Source: Ignavibacteriota bacterium
GTDB lineage: Bacteria > Bacteroidota > Ignavibacteria > UBA10030
Assembly: GCA_022616555.1 (NCBI GenBank)
Contig: JAKEEG010000091.1
Coordinates: 1,016-65,015 of the forward strand
Length of the DNA stretch: 64,000 nucleotides
Reading direction: 5' to 3'
In this document: piece after piece, positions 20,954 through 30,500 of the stretch
How the letters are laid out: every line of letters begins with the position of its first letter
Numbering within the stretch: the first letter of the stretch is position 1
Program-made: the position numbers and the translations under genes
The notes under the pieces: generated by a model
The model's database searches: none
Seen by the model: only the letters and a program-made list of their open reading frames with translations
Told to the model about the DNA's origin: nothing

Positions 20954-21721
20954 CTATCCCTGTGCGTTTAAGATTTCTGCCGCAGCTTGTAACTGTTCAT
21001 GCGTGTTGATACCTTGAATTTCATCCGGTGTAGGCGCCTTCACCGCTGCAACCTTCCACCCTTGTTTCCAAAAATAGCCGAACACATCTGTCAGATAATA
21101 CTCTTTCTGCGCATTATGGGTCGTGATATGCTTTAGACCATCGAACAGGCTCTCGCGTTTAAACACATAAATCCCCGAATTAATTTCCCGGACAGCCAGT
21201 TCGCCTTGCGATGCGTCTTTGTGCTCAACGATCTTCTCTACCAATCCTTGCGAATTGCGAATAATTCGCCCGTAGCCCGCCGGGTTTTCAAGTTCTGCCG
21301 TCAGCACCGTAGCGACTGTTTCAGTGGACAAATGTACACGCAAGAGGTCAATTAACGTCTCTTGTTTTAATAAGGGAACATCACCCGAGAGCACGAGCAC
21401 ATTGCCTGAAAAACTTTTCAACAAAGATTCGGTTTGCATCACGGCGTGCCCCGTTCCTAATTGGGGCTCTTGTACAACAAATTCCACGTTAGGATGGGAT
21501 ACATTCAGATATGCCTTCACCCCATCACGTTGAAATCCGACAATGACGAGAACCCTTGTAGAGCCTATTGCTAAAGCCGTATCCACCACGTAGTGCAACA
21601 TCGGCTTGCCGCGCAAATCAAACATCACTTTTGCCTTGTCAGTGCTCTTCATGCGCGTGCCCTTGCCGGCAGCCATGATGACTGTCGCAAGGCTCGTCTT
21701 TATATTTGACGCTGCTGACAC
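20954..21721 (-). CDS. Sugar-1-phosphate nucleotidyltransferase, GlmU N-terminal-domain-like (uridyltransferase domain only, no acetyltransferase LbH domain)
   Basis: VIMAAGKGTRMKS…LSGDVPL matches the NTP_transferase motifs of GlmU; the protein ends after about 255 aa. Confidence 0.75.
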   Translation of the reverse strand: MSAASNIKTSLATVIMAAGKGTRMKSTDKAKVMFDLRGKPMLHYVVDTALAIGSTRVLVIVGFQRDGVKAYLNVSHPNVEFVVQEPQLGTGHAVMQTESLLKSFSGNVLVLSGDVPLLKQETLIDLLRVHLSTETVATVLTAELENPAGYGRIIRNSQGLVEKIVEHKDASQGELAVREINSGIYVFKRESLFDGLKHITTHNAQKEYYLTDVFGYFWKQGWKVAAVKAPTPDEIQGINTHEQLQAAAEILNAQG

Positions 21722-21741
21722 TGATTCAGTTCCCTTTCCAG

Positions 21742-22596
21742 CTATGATGAAACACTCACAAGATGATTATCAATGAGCCGCGTGCCCCCGAATCGAACTG
21801 CCAGCGCGATGAGTACTGATGGCGGTTGAATATGCTCAATTTCTTGAAACAAATCTGGGCGCACAAACGCAATGTAATCGATTTGTGTCGGTTGCGCAGA
21901 TTGCAGCATCCGTTTCATCTCTGCGCGAAGAATATCAACAGAACGCTCGCCTTGTTGAATTTTCTCTTTTGCAAATTTCAGCGAGCGATACAACTGCGTT
22001 GCCCTCTCGCGTTCCGTTCCATTGAGATACACATTGCGCGAGCTTAACGCCAGGCCATCCTTTTCGCGAACTATGGGCGCTACAACGACAGATGTCTCAA
22101 CATTGAGATCGCTCACCATTTTTTGGATCAGGAAGGCTTGCTGCGCATCCTTCTGGCCAAAGACAACCGCGTGCGGCTTTGTGATGTTTAGCAGCTTCAG
22201 CACCACCGTCGTAACTCCCCGGAAATGTGTGGGACGAAACTTGCCTTCGAGTATCCTTGACCCGTGCTCCACTTCAACGTATGAGGCAAACCCTTCGGGA
22301 TACATCTCACGCACATCCGGGCTGAAGATAATCGTAGAACCAGCTTCCTCAGCCTTCTTACAGTCACGTTCGAAATCGCGAGGATAACGTTCAAAATCTT
22401 CGCCGGGCCCAAACTGCGTTGGATTAACAAAGATCGTCGTAATCACTACGTCAGAAAGTTCTCGAGCTTTCACAATCAGGCTTGTATGTCCGGCGTGTAA
22501 AAATCCCATTGTCGGTACAACACCAATGCGCTTGCCCTCGCGGCGCAGCTGCTCGGAGGTTTCCTGCATTTCACGGACTGTAGCAATTATTTTCAT
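21742..22596 (-). CDS. panC: Pantoate--beta-alanine ligase
   Basis: VPTMGFLHAGHTSLI…VVFGQKDAQQ are the canonical PanC motifs. Confidence 0.93.
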   Translation of the reverse strand: MKIIATVREMQETSEQLRREGKRIGVVPTMGFLHAGHTSLIVKARELSDVVITTIFVNPTQFGPGEDFERYPRDFERDCKKAEEAGSTIIFSPDVREMYPEGFASYVEVEHGSRILEGKFRPTHFRGVTTVVLKLLNITKPHAVVFGQKDAQQAFLIQKMVSDLNVETSVVVAPIVREKDGLALSSRNVYLNGTERERATQLYRSLKFAKEKIQQGERSVDILRAEMKRMLQSAQPTQIDYIAFVRPDLFQEIEHIQPPSVLIALAVRFGGTRLIDNHLVSVSS

Positions 22597-22901
22597 ACAA
22601 ACCGAATATCAAATTTGCGCATTAGAGCCTATTTAGAGCAAGTCAAATGGTCAACCCTGTGCGAGATACCACCCGGCGGGTGTGGGAAAAATCCACGCAC
22701 GTTTGGGGAACTTCCACACGTATCGTATAAACGCGTTGAGACCGCTAAAACGCTTTATCCAGCATACGACATTAAAAAAGTTTCAATTTTTGAATATATA
22801 GAACACTGAAAGAACAAGACAAAGCGGATCGTCGCAGATAAAGAATCAAAATAATCCGTTTTGATCCAATTGTTTCAGCGCAAATCCGCGTCCTATTTTT
22901 C

Positions 22902-23804
22902 CTATATAATCTTCTTCCCAAAACCCGATTGAATCAGCTCCACCGCGAACTCTGCCGACTGGTTGTGGTGGTCTAAGATAGGATTGACTTCGACAACCTC
23001 CAATGAGGACATTTTCCCAGCTTCGTTGAGCGACTCCATAATCAAATGTGCTTCGCGGTAATTTAACCCGCCCTTGACCGGAGTACCAACGCCCGGTGCG
23101 ACCGAAGGGTCGATGGCGTCAAGGTCAAGACTGACATGCAGGAAATCCACACCATTCAATTTACGTAAGGCTTTCGCAAGAACCACCGCCATGCCGTGCT
23201 TGTCGATTTCCTCCATTGTAAAGATATTGACGCCCTGGCTCTTAATAAGCGAACGCTCGCCGGGGTCTAATTCCCGCGTTGCGATGAGCACAACGTTCTT
23301 CGGGTCAACTTTTCGCGCGTCGCCTCCGACAGACGTCAGCTCAATCGCTCCCTTTCCAATAGACGTCGCCAAGGGCATGCCGTGGATGTTGCCGGAGGGG
23401 GTTGTTGCGTCGGTGTTTAAATCTCCGTGCGCATCGATCCAGAGCACTCCAAGCTTCTTGCTATCTTTAGAACAGTGGGCGGCAAGTCCGGCGATGGTAC
23501 CGATAGCAATGGAATGGTCGCCTCCAAGGACGAGCGGAAAGCCCCCGCCCTGAAGAATCCTTTCTACCTTGCCGGCGAGGTTTGTGCACGCCCTGACTAT
23601 TTCGGGAAGATAGCGGAGTTTCTCGTTGCGGATGCGCTGAAGTTCTGGAGCCTTGACTGGAACATCACCTTCATCAACAACGGTATGTCCAAGTGTGCGT
23701 AATTTTTCGGCGACGCCCGCGATGCGGATTGCCGAAGGCCCCATATCGACTCCCCGGCGTCCCGCGCCGAGGTCCATCGGAACTCCAAGGATATGAATTT
23801 TCAT
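22902..23804 (-). CDS. rocF: Arginase-family protein (arginase)
   Basis: MKIHILGVPMDLGAGRRGVDMGPSAIR…GGDHSIAIGT…DAHGD are arginase Mn-binding motifs. Confidence 0.85.
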   Translation of the reverse strand: MKIHILGVPMDLGAGRRGVDMGPSAIRIAGVAEKLRTLGHTVVDEGDVPVKAPELQRIRNEKLRYLPEIVRACTNLAGKVERILQGGGFPLVLGGDHSIAIGTIAGLAAHCSKDSKKLGVLWIDAHGDLNTDATTPSGNIHGMPLATSIGKGAIELTSVGGDARKVDPKNVVLIATRELDPGERSLIKSQGVNIFTMEEIDKHGMAVVLAKALRKLNGVDFLHVSLDLDAIDPSVAPGVGTPVKGGLNYREAHLIMESLNEAGKMSSLEVVEVNPILDHHNQSAEFAVELIQSGFGKKII

Positions 23805-23874
23805 ACATGTCCAAAACTTTATAGTGTAGAATCAATGAATCAGTATTAGCTTCCCCTCGTTCACAAATGCCCAG

Positions 23875-24729
23875 CTACCCTTCAATCAACCTTAACATCT
23901 TCGCGATGGTGGCGCGTAAATCTTTACGCGGCGTTACAACATCCACGAAGCCTTTTTCCATCAAAAACTCTGAGCGTTGAAAACCCGGCGGCAAGTCCTT
24001 TCCAACAGCCTGCTTAATGACACGCGGACCCGCAAACCCAATGAGCGCGCCGGGCTCTGCAATATGAATGTCGCCCAACATGGCAAAACTGGCGGTTACG
24101 CCACCTGTCGTTGGGTCGGTCAGAACAGAAATATACGGCACACCGGCATCCGAAAGCTGGGCGAGCTTTGCGCTCGTTTTTGCGAGCTGCATCAGCGAGA
24201 GGGCGCTCTCCATCATACGTGCTCCCCCGCTGGAAGAAATAATAATGAGGGGAATTTCCTCCTCACGAGCTTTGTCGATAACTCTTGAAAGTTTTTCGCC
24301 CACAACTGAGCCCATACTCCCGCCGATGAAGGCAAAATCCATGCATGCCATGGCAACAGGAATTTTCTCAATTTCTCCCGTTCCCGTGCGGACGGCGTCC
24401 ATCAGCGACGTTTTTTTCATCGTGTCCGTCAAGCGTTTGTCGTACGGTTTGGTGTCAACGAAATTCAGCACGTCGACTGAACGCATTTTTTTGTCCATCT
24501 CCTTGAACGAGCCTTCATCAAGAAGAATGGCAAAATACTCTTTACTGCCGATACGGAAATGCGTGTTGCATTTCGGACAGCAAAAAAGATTTTGCTCCAG
24601 TTGCTTTTTGTGGATGATTTCGCCACAGCCGGGACATTTCGTCCACTGGCCGTCCGGCATATCCTTCTTCTGCGCTTCGCCCGTTATGCCTTCCTTTGAA
24701 CGCCTGAACCATGCCATAAGTTTATCCAA
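23875..24729 (-). CDS. accD: Acetyl-CoA carboxylase carboxyltransferase subunit beta
   Basis: An N-terminal Zn ribbon (CPGCGEI…CPKCNTH) followed by the carboxyltransferase domain. Confidence 0.93.
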   Translation of the reverse strand: MDKLMAWFRRSKEGITGEAQKKDMPDGQWTKCPGCGEIIHKKQLEQNLFCCPKCNTHFRIGSKEYFAILLDEGSFKEMDKKMRSVDVLNFVDTKPYDKRLTDTMKKTSLMDAVRTGTGEIEKIPVAMACMDFAFIGGSMGSVVGEKLSRVIDKAREEEIPLIIISSSGGARMMESALSLMQLAKTSAKLAQLSDAGVPYISVLTDPTTGGVTASFAMLGDIHIAEPGALIGFAGPRVIKQAVGKDLPPGFQRSEFLMEKGFVDVVTPRKDLRATIAKMLRLIEG

Positions 24730-24761
24730 TCAGAATGTAATGTTGATACTACGATTGCATA

Positions 24762-25439
24762 CTACCGCGCAGCCTTCACGACGAAATCCTTCAAATACAT
24801 CGGTTCAACTGCAGCAAGATCCGCAACGTCTTTCGCATGGATTTTTTTCAAGCCCAATCGCGCAACTGCTTCAGCACGACAATACTCTGTAAAACTCCCG
24901 AATTGAACTTTTTTATCTAACTCTTTCTCCCACACTTCACGCGAATCGGTGACAATAAATTCCACGCTTTCAGACCGCATCCGTCGGGCTGACTGAGCCG
25001 TCGCCAGTACTTGAAGCTTGCCTACGGACTGAACTTTGTTGCCTTGCGTCAAATATGTCCCAATATAATGCTCGCCTTGCTTTGCATCCAGCACCACCGC
25101 AACCTTTGACGCAGAAGATTTCGAACTGACCACGGTTTCTATCACAGCATCGAAGGTTGAGACGGCAACCAACAGCTTATCCAACGAGTAGCACAAACCC
25201 TTCGCGCTGCTTAACCCGATACGGAGTCCCGTAAAGGATCCTGGCCCGATGGAAACCGAAACACCCGCAATATCGTGCATCTCAATTCGGGCTTCAAGAA
25301 ACACTTCCCGCACCAGTGTCAACAATTTTTCCGAATGCACGCGAGCTTCGATCATCGACCGTTCCGCCAGCACGCCAGAATCACTCAAGAGGCATACACC
25401 GCACACTTCAGTCGATGTTTCAAGGCCAAGAACGATCAT
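24762..25439 (-). CDS. tsaB: tRNA threonylcarbamoyladenosine biosynthesis protein TsaB
   Basis: MIVLGLETSTEVCGV…GPGSFTGLRIG is the YeaZ/TsaB signature. Confidence 0.85.
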   Translation of the reverse strand: MIVLGLETSTEVCGVCLLSDSGVLAERSMIEARVHSEKLLTLVREVFLEARIEMHDIAGVSVSIGPGSFTGLRIGLSSAKGLCYSLDKLLVAVSTFDAVIETVVSSKSSASKVAVVLDAKQGEHYIGTYLTQGNKVQSVGKLQVLATAQSARRMRSESVEFIVTDSREVWEKELDKKVQFGSFTEYCRAEAVARLGLKKIHAKDVADLAAVEPMYLKDFVVKAAR

Positions 25440-25930
25440 GCGCGCGCTTTCCTGCGGCTAACAGACGATGCATCGTCACGCTTGTCTTCCACTGAATGAA
25501 TTTCTATCGTCCGTTCGTGCTCTTGTTCACCGAATGAAAGCCGCACATCATAACGCCGCGGGGGCAACAACTCACCCAAGAATTCAGCCCACTCCACAAA
25601 AGCTATTCCATTGCTGTAAAAAATTTCTTCATAGCCGATATCATAGATTTCTTCAAGCGATTTCACCCTATAGAGATCAAGATGATAAAGCAAGAGCTCA
25701 TTTCCTGTCGAGTCCTTGCCGCCGTAGCGGTTGAGAATCACAAACGTTGGGCTGGTAACCGGCTCATGGACTCCGAACGCCTCGCACATACCTTTGACGA
25801 AATGCGTCTTGCCGGCTCCCAACTCGCCTGAAAGAGCAACAACGTCGCCGCGCCGAAGTTCTGCAGCGAAGGCGCGCGCAAGTGCGCGTGTTTCGTCTTC
25901 CGAGCGCGTCATCGTGCGGCGTTGGGTCAT
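25436..25930 (-). CDS. tsaE: tRNA threonylcarbamoyladenosine biosynthesis ATPase TsaE
   Basis: A Walker A motif (GELGAGKT) with a YjeE-like layout; it overlaps tsaB by 4 bp. Confidence 0.85.
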   Translation of the reverse strand: MTQRRTMTRSEDETRALARAFAAELRRGDVVALSGELGAGKTHFVKGMCEAFGVHEPVTSPTFVILNRYGGKDSTGNELLLYHLDLYRVKSLEEIYDIGYEEIFYSNGIAFVEWAEFLGELLPPRRYDVRLSFGEQEHERTIEIHSVEDKRDDASSVSRRKARA

Positions 25931-27492
25931 TTTGGCGTCAATTTTACGACGGGCAGTATCATCTCTTCCATCGAGATGCCGCCGTGCTGAAAGCTGTCAC
26001 GGTACTGATTGAGATACTTATGATAATCCGTCGGATAGACGAAATAATAATCTTCCTTCGCCAAAATATAATTTGTGGTCACACCGCCGCGGGGCAACTT
26101 AAAATCGGTCGGGTTTTTGACAAACACCGCCTGCCGGTCGTCCACCTTCAGGTTACGGCCGAACTTGTAGCGGAGGTTCGTCGAGGCCTCGCGATCGCCT
26201 ATGACTTTCGAGCCGCGCAAACAGCGCACCGCTCCATGATCCGTCGTGAGAATGATGCTGACCTTTTTTTGCGTCGAGAGCGTTTTGAGCATTCCAAACA
26301 ACGCCGAATGCTGGAACCATGAGCGAGTCAGCGAGCGGTAGGCTGCCTCGTCCGGCGCAATCTCCTTGAGCAACGCGGAATCCGAACGCCCGTGCGCCAA
26401 CATATCCACAAAGTTCACCACGACCGCCGTGAGCTTGCTCTTGACGTATGACAGAATGCTTGCCTCTATCTGTCTGCCGAACTCCGCATCCAAAATTTTG
26501 ACGTACTTCGATTCGGGCTTAAGTTGGATTTTTTTGCGTTCAAGCAACTTGTCGAGTAGCTGATGCTCAAATCGGTTGCGGCTGTTTTCGTCGTCCTCTC
26601 CCGACTGCCAGACTTCCGGGAAACGCCTTTCGATGTCTATCGGAAACAAGCCGCTGAAAATCGCGTTGCGCGAATACGGAGTGGCAGTAGGTAGAATACT
26701 ATAATAGTAATCTTTTTGGATAAAAAAATAATCGGTTAACAGCCGTTCCATCACGAGCCATTGATCCAGCCTCATGCAATCAATGACGAACAAGAATACT
26801 GACTCGGTTTGGTCGAGCTCCGGCAGAACATGTTGTTCCACCACTTCGTTTGAAAGCACCGGTTTGACAGATCGCTGATCGATCCAATTCCTGTAATTGC
26901 GTTCAATGAACTTCCCGAACTCCACGTTGCACTCGCGCTTCTGGTCAATGAGAGTCTGCCGCAACCCCAATTCGGGGTGTTCGTCCAACTCGATATCCCA
27001 GTTCGTGAGCTTGATATACAAATCCACCCATCCGAAATGATCCAACGGGTTCATGAGCGCAAGAGAAATCTGCTGGAATTCCTGCGTATAATCTCTTGAA
27101 ACGTGCTCGCTGGTAATTTTCTTTGCCTCGAGGAATTTCTTGCATGCCAGCAAGACCTGGTTTGGATTTACCGGTTTAAGCAAATAATCGCTGATCTTCC
27201 CTCCAATCGCTTCTTCCATCAGGCTTTCCGCCTCATTTTTTGTCACCATGACGATCGGCAGGTTCGGCAAGAGGTCTTTAATATACGAAAGCGTCTTCAG
27301 GCCACCCATACCGGGCATCATCTCATCAAGGAACACCAGCCCGTAATTTTTGGATTGCACCATCTCCACGGCGTCTTCTCCATTCGTCGCCGTATCGACG
27401 TCATATCCCTTCTGTTGAAGCAACAGCAGGTGCGGTTTCAAGAGGTCGATTTCATCGTCAACCCAGAGAATGTTTCGCGAAGTTTCAATCAT
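25927..27492 (-). CDS. porX: T9SS response regulator PorX (CheY-like receiver domain plus PglZ/alkaline-phosphatase-superfamily domain)
   Basis: The N-terminal receiver domain (ILWVDDEIDLL…VFLDEMMPGMGG…MVTKNEA) is followed by a roughly 380-aa PglZ-like domain; length and architecture match PorX. Confidence 0.8.
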   Translation of the reverse strand: MIETSRNILWVDDEIDLLKPHLLLLQQKGYDVDTATNGEDAVEMVQSKNYGLVFLDEMMPGMGGLKTLSYIKDLLPNLPIVMVTKNEAESLMEEAIGGKISDYLLKPVNPNQVLLACKKFLEAKKITSEHVSRDYTQEFQQISLALMNPLDHFGWVDLYIKLTNWDIELDEHPELGLRQTLIDQKRECNVEFGKFIERNYRNWIDQRSVKPVLSNEVVEQHVLPELDQTESVFLFVIDCMRLDQWLVMERLLTDYFFIQKDYYYSILPTATPYSRNAIFSGLFPIDIERRFPEVWQSGEDDENSRNRFEHQLLDKLLERKKIQLKPESKYVKILDAEFGRQIEASILSYVKSKLTAVVVNFVDMLAHGRSDSALLKEIAPDEAAYRSLTRSWFQHSALFGMLKTLSTQKKVSIILTTDHGAVRCLRGSKVIGDREASTNLRYKFGRNLKVDDRQAVFVKNPTDFKLPRGGVTTNYILAKEDYYFVYPTDYHKYLNQYRDSFQHGGISMEEMILPVVKLTPK

Positions 27493-27587
27493 AACGAGAG
27501 CTGCATCGAGTGTACCAGCAAGAAAAACATAGGCATTAAAGCCAAAAGAAGCAATGAACGCACATCGTACCGAGCATCTACAACATG

Positions 27588-30500
27588 TTATGGCTGTATG
27601 GAAAGCCGGATATCTAAACCAAGATCATTGACAGTCGAGCCCGGAATGCGCGAGCCGCCTTCATCCGGTTTCAGCGCGGTGTACTTGTAAAAGAGCGAAG
27701 CAGTGACGCGTGCACTCAGAACGTACCGGATACGCGTTTCCATCGTCGTGCGGCTGGAACCCTCCAGCGGAGTTCCATCCTTTTTAAAGTCCTCTTTAAA
27801 ATTATACACTCTTCTGGTATTCCGTGAGTACGTGTAGGAGAAGGTAATATCCAAGTCATTCGAGAGCGACAGCCCAAAGAAAGGAAACTCAAATCCCTTC
27901 CGCCCGTACGTTGCCGAGATAGCGATATCGCTGGTATTTGCTTCAACGATGTTCAAGGAGGACGGTGAGAGATCAAGCGACGTCGACGTCCCGTAGCGAA
28001 CATTACTGCTTAAGTTTCCTTTCAAGACTTCGCCGAAGGAGATGTCAAACCCGAGCAGCGGGCTAAAGCCATACACCACTTGCTGACTCTCGGTAATTTC
28101 ATTCCCAGTGGTGACCGAAAGTTTCCAGCGACGACGGTACGTTGACGTATAGCTATGGGTAAAGCTTACGCGTTGAGCCAGCGACGAGAAGAGCGGCAAT
28201 TTTTCCAAGCCATCCCAGCGCAACGACCAATTCGGCCGGGGCAACAATTCGCCAAAAATGCTCTTGCCGATGGGAAGGGCTTCGAGCCCTTCTTCAAACG
28301 CCTGCGAAAGCTTTGCGTCCTCTGTCCTGGTGTCCGTGGAGTTTCTCTTCAGGTTTTCATAAAGCTTATTCATATCCTCGATGCTTGTTTTGAAAAACTT
28401 AAAAAACAGAGTCGGGGGCATCGTGAAAAATGAACGGTCTATGCTGCCGCCCACTACTCTGCTCAGAACTTCCGGGCGCCCCTCGGCATCCGTGCGAATC
28501 GTCTTGTTGACGTTATAATCCCAGTTGAGCGACCAATTCAATTCGAGCCTGGCGCCCTGCCATAACTGGCGCGAGGTTTTCATCGAGACACGGTTCCCCT
28601 GGCTAAAGATGTCATTCATGCTGCCGTTCGGTGCGCGCAGTCCGGGAATGGTCGTCGCAGTAAAGAAGGGGAACCTCCCACTGCTGTTCAGCAGAACCTT
28701 CCCGTGTGGGTCAGATGACAACCCAAGTTGATATAACAACGACGGTCCGTACTCCGGCAAGGATTCCTGAAAGAATGGTACTCGAGCAAACAGATTGTTA
28801 AAACCGGTCCTCCCTATCAGTCCACTGTTCTGCGAACGGTTATTTTGCGAAAACGAAATACTGAATTTATCAAAATCAAAAAATGGAATTTTGATAAACA
28901 GCCGGCTTAGCTGTTCCAGCCTCGAGCCAAGCGTTGCCCCTTTACCGGCACTCGTATCGTTCGGGCTGGGTGCGGGTTTGACATCAGGCCAAATCTTGCT
29001 CCCAAGCTGCTTAATATTAATATCGAAATTTGTGCTGAGGCTGCTATTCCATTGTCCTGATCTTCCCAGTTCGCCGGCCTGAATATTATTCTGCCAATTG
29101 TACCGTGAACTGTAACGGCTGTTGAGTGTGATAATTTTATCAAGTTCCCAAATAGGCGGCACCGTTGGTCGTGGGGTGATGTTAATCGTCTGCGCGTAAC
29201 CTTGAGTTACACCAAAGTCAATGAGACGTGTTCCGCCAAAGATATCTCCCAAAATGCTCGTAAACGGACGTTGTCGCCCGAGTGAATCCAATTCAAAATG
29301 GAGCAGGCTGCTGGTAATCGACAAATCATAATCAGTCGCGAGGTTAAGCAACCCGCCATCGGCTATCGGCCAATTAAAATTGAACGAGCGCGTGGCATTT
29401 AGGTTACGCACAGTGGGTTTCGGCAACGCCTGCAGCCGGGTATGTTCATAAGCTTGGCTGCGATTTAATACGGCGGAAGTGCCAATCGACTTCGGCGCAT
29501 AGTAAAGACGAACTTTCTTCCATGGGCTCAATAAGAAAAAATCACCTAACACCGAAAACGGCTCAACGTAATTATCGCCGTAATCCGCGGCGTACGCAAG
29601 TCGGGAATTCCATCCCCATTGACGGTAATACAATGTTTGCGGATTACGTCTGGTAGACGTATTGTACGTGAACCCAAACGTCAAGCTATTTATCGTTTTC
29701 GTTACCCACCACGATTCCGAAGGAAGAACAATTTTAACGTTCGGCAGGGCATAATTTTCCGTCACAACAAGCGTCTGGCTCCTGAGACGTATGTCGTTCG
29801 CTTCCTGATTTGCCGCACCGTTAGACCCGTTTTGCTGCTGAACAAGGTCCACCGCTTCGTCCACAACAATGTCCGTCCCGGGAAGATACTTTGGTCGTTG
29901 CATCACTTCCGTATGCGAGTAACTAAAAGCGAGCTTCGAACCTCGCCACGAAGCTGGAAGAAACTTTTCAAAACCGACATTTGCCGCAAGATTCCAATTG
30001 CGATCGGTATTGCGGGAACCAAATCTGTCTTCAAGGCCGTGGAAGAATGGGTCGCGTTCGGTCAAAGCGAACGAGACACTGGCAACATCGGCAAATTTGA
30101 TACTGGTATCAAACCGATACGCCCAACCCGGGGAATCATCCACGTCCGTAACGCGCATTTCGTTTACCCACAGTTCCCCGTTGAGGAACGCGGCTCCCTT
30201 GCCTGCGGGATTTTCCACACCGATGGTAATAAAGCGAATGGTTGTCAGCGTCGGAGAGCCTCGAACGCGATACACGGCACCGGGAGAACCGTTCGGCACC
30301 GGCACCGGCGGGCTAATGTTCACGATTGCGGCGCTATCCCGGCCTAATTTAATCGCCGTCAGCTCTTCAAATCGAATGGTGATGTCGTTGCCTACCCAAC
30401 CCGGGTGAACCGGGGCGCGGTACTCGTAGTAGTTCAATGTATCGGCGCCGAAACGCAAATAAATTTCAGCGTCGTAATTATCAAGATTTACATAGGCAAA

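Noticed and set aside
22615-22809. A 64-aa plus-strand ORF in the arginase–panC intergenic region.
   Set aside because: It is short with no family resemblance, and the AT-rich region is more likely the panC promoter or the arginase 3' region.
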